Source: Tricharina praecox | Taxonomy: Eukaryota | Length of the DNA stretch: 64,000 nt | Direction of reading: 5' to 3' | NCBI RefSeq assembly: GCF_024521635.1 | Contig: NW_026250408.1 | Span: 434,001 to 498,000 of the forward strand | Shown: in pieces, positions 24,601 to 34,211 of the stretch | Layout: every line of letters begins with the position of its first letter | Position numbering within the stretch: position 1 is the first letter of the stretch | Notes under the pieces: generated by a model | Database searches by the model: none | What the model saw: only the letters and a program-made list of their open reading frames with translations | What the model was told of the DNA's origin: nothing | Program-made: the position numbers and the translations under genes

Positions 24601-26415
24601 CTGGTTCCCTTCCGCCTCGTCTCGACGGTGAGCTTCCGTCTTTCGAATCTCGGAGCTCGCAATCGGGTCGGGATGGGATAACACCATGCGTAATGTCTTT
24701 CGCGCTGCGTTCATTCTCCCCGATGGGAACTGTCGCGTGGTTGCATATATTCTCGCTTTTTTCTTTCTTGTTCTTTTCTTCACATGTTATTGCCGATCGA
24801 ATCAATACTAACGAATACTCATCTGTACAGCCGGAGAAGTCCTCTTCGCCGACGTCTTGTTACTGCCGAATGGAATGTCGAAGGTGGGGTCTACGAACGA
24901 TGCTGGGTTTTTCTTTTTTTTGTGGGATTATTGTGGGATGGTGATTGACGGGGCTGGACATGGACGTCCGTGGGATTTGTAGGGATGCGGGCATGTATTC
25001 CTCTTCCCGAGGAGACTCTTTTTGGTTTGACACCTTGCTAACGGTCAACAGGATTGTGGAATATGCCACAAGGGATCAAGCTCAGACTGCCGTTAACACC
25101 CTTAGCAATCAAAGCCTGATGGGCCGGCTCGTCTACGTCCGTGAGGTAGGAGGATCTGCGCCGGCATTGATCTTGCGGAGCAGCTATTGATCAGAGTTCT
25201 AGGACCGCGAGGCCGAGCCACGTTTCAACGGTCAGCCCAACGCCCGTGCGCCTTACGGTGCTCCCGGCGGAGGACCCGGCTTCGGTGCTGGTTACGGAGG
25301 CCCCCCTGGCGGAGGCATGGGCGGAGGCATGGGCGGGGGCATGGGCGGAGGCGTTGGAGGCCGTCAGATTTACGTCTCCAACGTATGTCTCACCGGTTTC
25401 AGGCTGTCTGGGTAACTCGCTGACGCATTACAGCTTCCCTACACTGTCGGGTGGCAGGATCTTAAGGATCTCTTCCGCCAAGCCGGTAAGTTCCCAATGG
25501 ACGACCATCGCACGCATGATATCCTATCTAACATTCTCAATAGGTGCTGTCGTCCGTGCCGATGTTCACATCGGTCCCGACGGTCGTCCCAAGGGTAGCG
25601 GTGTCGTTGCCTTCGAAACCCCCGAGGACGCACGTAATGCTATCGCCCAGTTCAACGGGCACGAATGGCAGGGTCGTCAGTTGGAGGTGAGGGAGGACCG
25701 CTTTGCCGGTGCTGGCGGAGGTGGCGGAGGAGGTTTTGGTGGAAACATGGGCGGAGGACGTGGTGGATTTCCCGGCGGAGGTCGTGGCGGCGGAGGTTTC
25801 GGCGGAGGTTTCGGAGTTCCTCGTGCTGGAGGCTTCGGCGGAGGTCGCGGTGGCTTCGGTGGCTATGGCGGCGGAGGTGGAGGCTTCGGTGGTGCTCGTC
25901 CTGGTGGTTTCGCAGGCCCTACCGACTACAGTGCTCCCACACAATCGGTACCCCCGAACGACTTTACGGATCATGCCAGCAGTGGAGGAGATAGATCCAA
26001 CACTATCTACGTCCGCAACGTGAGTTTGGTCAATCACTCGTCACGGTTGCTTTTCGCTGACGAATAATTTTAGCTTCCCTGGTCTACCAGCAACGAGGAC
26101 CTGGTCGAGCTGTTCAACACCATCGGAAAGGTTGAGCGTGCCGAGATTCAGTACGAACCGAGTGGCCGATCCAGAGGAACCGGTGTCGTACAGTTCGATA
26201 CGGCCGAAAATGCGGAGATCGCTATTAGTGGGTTCAATCCATCCGTGGGTGGACCAGTATAGTTCCGTGTGCTAACCCGTTTACGTGTAGCGAAATTCAC
26301 CGGATACCTTTACGGCGGGCGTCCTCTCGGCCTTAGCTTCGTCCGGTACACCAGCTACGGCGGAGATCCGATGGAGGGCGCCGAGCAGTCCGTTCCCGAC
26401 CACCAGATGGGCTAG
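21663..26415 (+). CDS. GBP2: SR-like three-RRM mRNA-binding protein, Gbp2/Hrb1 (SnxA) family; first two exons predicted
   Basis: RS-rich segment, [48 protein letters not shown] tract and a third RRM ([19 protein letters not shown]). The body from 24089 is secure. Exon 1 (ATGG 21663-21666) and exon 2 (21837-21913) are inferred from splice signals and phase. An alternative in-frame ATG lies at 24059. Confidence 0.85.
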
Positions 26416-27797
26416 TTTTTTTTGACGCATTGGATACGGAGCTGTCTCTTTTACGGGGTTTCTTTGTTTCTCTATCGTTCGGATCTCTTGCTGGTGTTTA
26501 CAGATCTTTCCATCTTTCGATGCTGTGTTGTGTTGCTACTATGGGGGCGATGATTTCATTTTTTCTTTTCATTTTACATTTGTCGTCTTTCCTTTCGAGT
26601 TTGTCAACCTCTCTTTTGAGTTCGCTGTTTGTTCTGCTTTCTGCTTGGTGATGGATGGGGGCGGCCGGTCTAGAGGGGAGGCGAGGAGGATCGGAGACCG
26701 GGAAAAAAGGGTTCTTGCGTTGATGAGAATCGTGACGGAACTGGAACGGCTGGCTGTTATTGTGACGTGCGTTTGCGACTGTTGATGGAAATTCCCTTTG
26801 CTTAGGCTTTTTTACTGATTTCATTCACTCTACCCACCCCGCCCGTTTTCTTGTATGTACTTGATACTTGATCTGTATTGGTACTTACTGGTATTGGTAT
26901 TTACTGGTACTGGTACTTACTGGTACTGGTAGGTACCGCAAGGCAAGCTTTGCATGCAGACCCGGATTAAAGGATTGATGGTTTGAAGGTGCAGAGAAGA
27001 AGGGAGCGAACGGTAATGGTTGAATGGTTGAATGGTTGAATGGGTGGTTTGAGTGATGGTTGAGTGATGGGGGTTGAGTGATGGGGATTCCAAGTGCGGA
27101 GTGGGGTGCGGTGAGGTGACGGTGATGGTGAGTGAGGTGACGGTGAGTGATTGAAGCGAGGCTGTGAGGGAGTGGAGTGATACTGCGGGATGGGTATGGT
27201 AGTGGTGGAGTGGTAGCCTGACACGAGTGATTAGGGTATTGGTGGCATCGAAGTGATGGAGTGGTTGCGCGTGGTGGTGTGGCAGCGTAGTGGCGGGGTG
27301 ATTGTGTGAAGGGCCATGGCAGCTCATTCGGTGGTGGGGGTGGTAGAGTTTATGTGGCGGAGGTGGCGGGGAGGGGAGGGTGAGTGATGACGGGCGGGCT
27401 TGTGAGGCCATGGCGGAGACGGAGGCGGGGAACAAGGTGAGCAGTGCTGAGCTGGCACGCTGGTGCCCGAGCAATAAGGAGCGAGGAGCCTGAAGGTATG
27501 TAGAAGCGGGGCAGGGCATGGGCTGTGCTGTACAGTCACTCCAGAGTCCGCTGGCTGCTTTGTTCACGGTCCACCGGGCTGGCCGCTGTAGTATGCACGG
27601 GCGGGAGTGGCTTGCCATACTGGGCTTCTTTGTTTGTTTCAAGCTTTCTGAGCAAGGTATTTGGAGGAGGGGAGGGGGGGGGGGGGCAGGGGGAGGTAAG
27701 GAGGGTCGGCAGGACATGGCGGATTCGTCGCCGGTTAGTATTGATATTGGTATTGGTATTGGTATTGGTATTCACTATTCACTATTCACGCTAGGAT

Positions 27798-27908
27798 TGA
27801 GGACTGAGGACTGAGGACTGAGGACTGAGGACTGAGGACTGAGGACTGAGGACTGAGGACTGAGGACTGAGGACTGAGGACTGAGGACTGAGGACTGAGG
27901 ACTGAGGA
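27798..27908. repeat. Perfect heptamer tandem repeat (TGAGGAC) x ~16
   Basis: Read directly from the sequence. Confidence 0.98.
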
Positions 27909-28275
27909 GGGCAGTTAGGGCAGTCGACTGTTAATGGATGCTTTTGCTTTGCGTTGGTGCTTGATGAACGGCGGTTGCATGAATGGTGAGAGCGGGCGGT
28001 GGGCATAGGTAATTTGAGTCCGTCTCCCTTATGGATAAGAGCTTTTCAGGAATCAGGAAGAGGATGTTATCGCTACATATGATCATTAATGCTAAATGCT
28101 TTTACTTGTGTGTCTCTGGTCTCCACGGTCTACCTAGAGCGGGTATGCGTGCGTGCCTGCGAGTGCAAGTGCAAGTGCAGATGGAGTGCCTTCGTCGATT
28201 GGCGCCGTATGTATGTACAGTACAAGTACCTATGTACGGACGTCCGATTTCTGGCAGTGGGATCATGGATGGACT

Positions 28276-29223
28276 CAGACCCTCCAACAGTTCGAACTGG
28301 GAACAAACCGGGTTTTCCGTACCCCCCAACTGCTGGGGGGTCGTGAACTGAACCAACTGGCAAACTGAACCAACTACATATCAGGTTTTGGACTGGGAAA
28401 ACTGCTTGGCCCATCAGTTCAGTTCAGTGAGGCTTAAACGTTTGGGCCAAACCCATCGCCACCACCAACCGACCGGATAACCGCCTACAAGGCTACAACC
28501 CGCCACCCAGTCACTACTATTTCCCCAGCAGCCAGTACATAGGACGCCGCCGGTTGACAAGCTCCAGGACTACCTATTGTTCATTGCCCGTCGATTCTCG
28601 AGAGGAATTTTTGAATTTGAAACAGTCCTGCTGCGAATATACCGCGATCGAATGGTGGCTGGAACCGCGCCGGCCAGCAACGACGTCAACTTTCCTAACC
28701 TCAGCCGAATGGCGATTGACATACTGTCTACCTATTCCAGCCATGTCGGCTACCTAAGGTTGAACGGCCGTTCTCCGAGTGCAAGATGATTCTTACTGAT
28801 CACCGATATTCCCTAAGTACATACCGAGAATGTTCAATCTCTGCAGAGTAGGTATCAAGAGGTTCAATCGCCGTACTCCCATCATGGGTAAGTACATAGC
28901 ATCAGAGTAGTAATTCATAGCTAGTACTGTATGTACCCATTCTGTATCGCTTTTTCCGTGAGCATAGGAAACCTACCTACGGTATCTCGCCCACTTTGGC
29001 TGGGCTGGCTGAACTGAACTGGCAGTTCTGCCAGTTTTCCCCGGGAACAACAGCCAGACTTAGATAGATACCTAAACCAACTGGGGAGTTAGAACTGACA
29101 GCCTCTGTTCTATTCCCAGCTGAACCGCGAACAAAATCAACCAGAACTGGACTGTTTAAACCAGTGTTCCAGTGTTCCCATTTCAATTTTCAACCGGCTA
29201 ACTGTTGGAACTGGGAGGGTCTA
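28276..29223 (+). mobile_element. Internally deleted hAT transposon retaining a frameshifted C-terminal dimerisation domain
   Basis: Ends are CAGACCCTCCAACAGTT and AACTGTTGGA(ACTGGG)AGGGTCTA, with many subterminal AACTG/CAGTT repeats. The repaired translation of ~28640-28870 reads AIEWWLEP...FPNLSRMAIDILSIPAMSAKVERPFSECKMILTDHRYSLSTENVQSLQSIK, the hAT dimerisation motif. No 8-bp TSD is visible. Confidence 0.88.
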
Positions 29224-31039
29224 CCTACCTACAAGTGCAAATGTGCAACTGTGCGACTGTGCAAGTGCAGTGGCTACATCGATTGGTTTGATTTGGTGCC
29301 GTACGGTATGTATTGTACAAGTAGAGTATTGCCCGGGCGTCAGATTGCTGACGGTAGAATGGAGTACATACCCAAGTACTTGGACCGTTGGACGTGCAGC
29401 GTGGTACATACGGGTACGGATACGGGCGAGGAGCAGTGAAGTCACGAGTGTGCGATGGTATGTATGTATGGTGATGGTATGTAAGTATGCGGTTCCATAC
29501 CTGTGCTGATGTTTGAAGGTGGAGTATAACAGACACCCAAGGAACACGGATTTGTTCTGATTCCGTATTTAGGCGACCCTGTGCATGAACTTGAATGATA
29601 ACTCGAATAAAAGCGGTAGAGACACCGCATTGATTGTAAACAGCTACGGTACTCAAATCTCCAGTGCTGCCTCCACGCCGGCGAGAGGGGCATCTGCCGA
29701 ACGGTTGCAGAGCATAGCAGTGAGAGACGTCTCCGGGGCGACGCCAGTACTGCCTCCGGAACGAGGCCATTTGCCTCCACAGTAGCGAGAGAGGTCCTTC
29801 GAGACGAAACCATCGCCGCCACGGATACTGCTACACCACCATTGCCGGGATTCTACGCTATCTTCACCGCCCCGTTCGCCTGTTGGGATTCATACCGGTG
29901 TGGTGGAGGGTCCAGCGTTGGGGAGTCCACCGTTGATAGCCAGCACCAGCGGTGGGGGGTCGAGTTGTGCCGTTCGCTGTTATAGCCGTCGGCTTCTGCT
30001 CCCCTCATCCTCTCTTCTTCTTCTTCTTCTTCTTCTTCTTTCATCTCGTCATCATCACCACCATCATCCAGGTAGACGATCAACCCTACCATCTTCTCTT
30101 TTTCTCTGTGTGCGCTTTCTTCCAAAGATCCCGCCTCCGGCCTGGAGTAGTGTTGGCCCACGAACCGCTCGCAAAACCACATCCGCTTCCTCCCGCCAAT
30201 AGAAATCCTCTATCACTTAGTTCCTCCAATACTTCCTCCTCTCGCTGACAGCTCATCATCACTTCCTTCTCTCACCTACAGCTCAGCCACAACCCGCCGC
30301 TGATACTGCACTGTGAATCCCCGCCTCCGCCCCCCTCTCTACTACTCCTAACCATGCCGGCACCATCGCAGATACTGTCTCCCCCTACTACTCCTCTCCC
30401 TCCTGGTCCCTGGTCCCATATGGGGGCGACATCACTTCCTCCTTTCGCTGACAGCTCTTCAATCGCTCCACAAGCCGCCGCAGATACTCTCTCTCTCCAC
30501 CAACTGCACCTTTCCCTGCTTCTATTCCTGCTTCTATTCATGCTTCTATTCTTGCTTCTAGTCCTGCTCTTCAATCTGCAGGCCCCGCAGCTGATACTGT
30601 CTCTCCCCTAGATACTGCTTCTCGCCGACCATCTCACAGCACTGGCTGCACTGTGAAAACTGTCTCCCTAATAGTATGTGCTGATCCTAACCCAGCTGGA
30701 CTACCAATATCTGTTCCTTCCTACTAGTACTCGGCCGCTAGACCCGCCGCGGATAACGTCTCCTCCTACTTCTTTTTCTACCAAGCGAGCAGATAAGTCT
30801 CTGGACCCACCAACGTCGATGCTCCCAACCAACCACATCCGCATACTTCTGCTAACAGGAATCCGCCATCAATTCGTCATCTCGTTGACAGTTCTTTCTC
30901 TCGCAGATATCTCCTCCTCCTCTCGCTGACAGCTCCTTCTCTCACAAACAGCTCATCCGTCACTTCCTTCTCTTGTGGGTTGAGCCTCTTGTAATAAGTA
31001 GAAATTCATTAGAAGATGAATTCATATATAAAGTCACTT

Positions 31040-31480
31040 CGCATGCTAGGTAGTATAGACCTTGCAACTGGGACCTGTATCAATACTCTTTTTTGGAATT
31101 CAGATTTACGTATATACCCATCAAAAACGAGTAGATTACGGGTTGATGTCGGAAGCATCCAGTATTATTTTCTGACACTCGTTTGTGATCATGCGGCGTG
31201 ATGGAAGATATGGGATCAACCCAATATGGCTGCTGTGATTCATTCAACACGGATTGGTTGAAGTAGGGTAGCAACACCAGGCTCACACCGGATTAAATCA
31301 AAAGAATAATACTAAAGACCTCGTGTTGTAATAAAATTTGTGCTTATTGAATTCTTTGAGTTTTATGATCTCGGTGTTTCTTCGGTGTTGATCCGGTGAT
31401 CATCTAGATATAAATTTGTTGAAATCCATCATGGATCCCGTATAGATCCCACAATGATAAAAATAAAGAGTTTCTTGCAA
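31040..31480 (-). pseudogene. Possible highly decayed pogo/Fot1-like DDE transposase fragment
   Basis: AT-rich block. The minus strand gives RNLLVFDGY at 31113-31140 (cf. RLLILDGH in DDE_1 transposases), preceded by weak N..WMN / W..HIF-like and NTEIIK..E-like fragments with stops and frameshifts. Confidence 0.35.
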
Positions 31481-34211
31481 GTGGTATCGAAAATAGATGC
31501 CGAACCTGAACAAATTATAGTTTGTATATGCACCGGATTAATATGAGGTTTAGTCTAAATGCATGAAAAAAACATATTCCGTGTAGACATAGTGTAAATC
31601 CAGTGTCAATTTCTACCAGCTTTTTGGCACAGTACTTACCTACCATCTACCGTAGAAGTCCACAATTCCACAATTCTCAACAATGAAATCAGTCTTCCTG
31701 CTGGGCTTTCCTTTCCTTTATTCACCGCTTACGCTAGAGTACTGCGGGTTGGCAGAGTACGGCACCGGTGTGAACGGTATGAACGGTAAGTACAGTATTT
31801 GCAGGCTGCCGTTGGTTGGCTGGCTGACTGCTGGCTGCCGATGACTGCCGCAGTGCCGCTAGCTGGCTGCCGCTGGCTGGCTGCTCAACCACAGGACTTA
31901 GCAGAAAGGCCTGTGCCTGGCGTAAACATGTCGGTCTGTAGGCGAAAGCCATGCCATCGCCGAGCTAGAAGTCCTGACCGGCGCAATCGCTCGCGGACAG
32001 GAGGACATGAACTATTCACTTGGAGTCTTGGAGACGAGCTTAGACCTCGATCGACTTTCGGTAATCGGTAATCGGCTCAGAAGAGGAACGCATGGGTTTA
32101 TAACGTTTGGTGAGATGGCTAGGTACCTGAGGCTACCGATGTGAAGTTTGAAGTTTGAAGTTTGAACTGGCCTGGCTACAGACAGATAGGTACCGCCGTA
32201 CCGCTGGGCAGGCAGATGTCCGTGCTTTGCTTCTGTACTTGTGGCTGTATAATTGCTGTAGCCGTACGTGTACCGGCACTCTACTTGTAGCTGTGCCTAC
32301 CGATACTCTGCCTACCGAAACTCAACGTCAACGTCACTTCCACTGAACTGCTCCTACCTTGAGGCTTGAGGGGCCTGTGTATGCTTGGTGTTTCCGTAAT
32401 ATTCACCTAGGTGTTGGGTAGCTTCTTGCTTCTGCTGTACCTACTCTGCCCAGTGCCGTACTGTGTCGATTTGAACCCTTCAAGCCCACCAGCGACGTAC
32501 TAGGTAGGTACCTTCCCGCTGCTACGGTATCATACACACGACTTTCGGTTGGTTGATACTTCGTTGACAGCTTGCTCGATTCGAATTTCGAAACCCCATT
32601 GGCAAGTGTCCTATATACCAGATCCATCCTTCGCCGCTGGGGCCGGAGGACGATGTCAAGTGGCAGCTGGGTGGGATTTGCTGTCGTACCTATCGTACGC
32701 TTGGTATGTACTCTGCCTACCGACAAGCAGGCACACTCTCTGGAAGCCGAACAGTGAAATTGACTTGCTGCTGCCGCTGCTGCTGCCGTCGACAAGACGT
32801 TTGCTAGTGCTCGAGCCAGCGACCTACCTATGCGTACGGGAATGAGCAGCCCTTCGAAGTTCTCGCAGCATTCCGAATTCCGAAGCATTTCGCTCGCGGA
32901 CCGGAAGAGTCTGATCCACCACATAGTTCAAAATTCAAACAGTGCGCGCCGCTCGGTCGGAGGTCCAGATGGGGGACAGGACAGGATCGAGTATGTACGT
33001 ATGTACGAGTAACCTGTAGGTATGTACATTTTCCATGGTCCGAACTTCGCACGATACAATTCCACCGAGCTGCTGGTGGGGAGGGAGGGAGTGAAACAAT
33101 CTCAAGCAATGCTGAGGTAGGGCCTCGACTCTCGATTTCTCGGGTCGGATTTATCCCTTTTCTTCCCTTGCATTGGAGCTCCGTTAGAGATCGAGACTTA
33201 AGACTCGAGACTCGAGAGTCGCGTTTTTTCTTTCTTTCTTCCCTTGGGCCTTCGCTTCCGGATATGTGAGTAGGCATACAGTGTCCACACGCATATCTCA
33301 CCCGACTCTCACTTTTTGGTCGATTAAGGGTCGGTTCTGTTCGATTAAGGTCGTCCTGACCAATTAAAGTCGTCATTACCGATTAAGCCATGATTCGCAC
33401 TGGAATGGGATTGGGTTTCGTTCCTTTGGTCCTTCGCATGGAATTTATGGCTGGATGGGTTGTTTCTCTCGTCCTTGCAGGCGGATATTGTAGGCCTTTC
33501 GTTGCCTTGGATTCTGTTCTGTGAGTACGTATGTAGGTGGGGTTTTTGTATGCGATATAATCCCGAATCGCGAATCGCGAATCTCGGGGCTTCAGAAGCT
33601 CAATATAGGTAGAGCTCTATGGCTGGGGATATGATATCACGGCGGTGAGGGGAGGGGTCATCATCCATCCATCGTATGCAGCCACAAAGCCACCATTCGC
33701 CGCATCAGATCTGGTCCCTCGCATGGCGCGTGGGGAATAATAATACATCCAGCGAGCAACCTGGCTAAAGCTTGGTCCAAGGGATCTTGCATTAGGTAGG
33801 CGTATGTAGGCTGGTGCGCCGTGCGGAGCGTTGCTTTTGTTATGTGCGTGCTAGGTTGTTGTTAGGCACGCGTACCGTATTGGCGCGTCGCCGGCCGAAT
33901 CCGTTGAACAACCCACGAAATCGCACAAGTTTCAGTCGCCGCGGCGATATGGACTTTTGAGCTTTTCTTTTCTTAACTCCTCCACCGCTCTTTCACTTCT
34001 TCCCTCCTTCTTTCCTTGCTTCCCATCGTCTTCTCGGTGTATTCTTTCGTTTCCTTTCCTTTACTCCTCCATCACCACCACCACCACCACCACCACCACC
34101 ACCACCACCACCACCACCGTAATTACCACCACTGCTATAGTTACGATCCCCCATTCCCCCACCTCCAGCTGCGTATAGTTCCCTACCCGCTCGCTCGTGC
34201 GGTCCGGCAGC

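Noticed and set aside
27798..27908. (TGAGGAC)n as a CRISPR array or interstitial telomere
   Set aside because: No spacers, eukaryotic context, and the unit is not TTAGGG; it is a simple minisatellite.
31735..31900. Possible MITE (GTACTGCGGGTTGGCAG vs reverse complement GTCCTGTGGTTGAGCAG, internal GCTG repeats)
   Set aside because: Inverted ends are too diverged and there is no TSD; cannot be supported without other copies.
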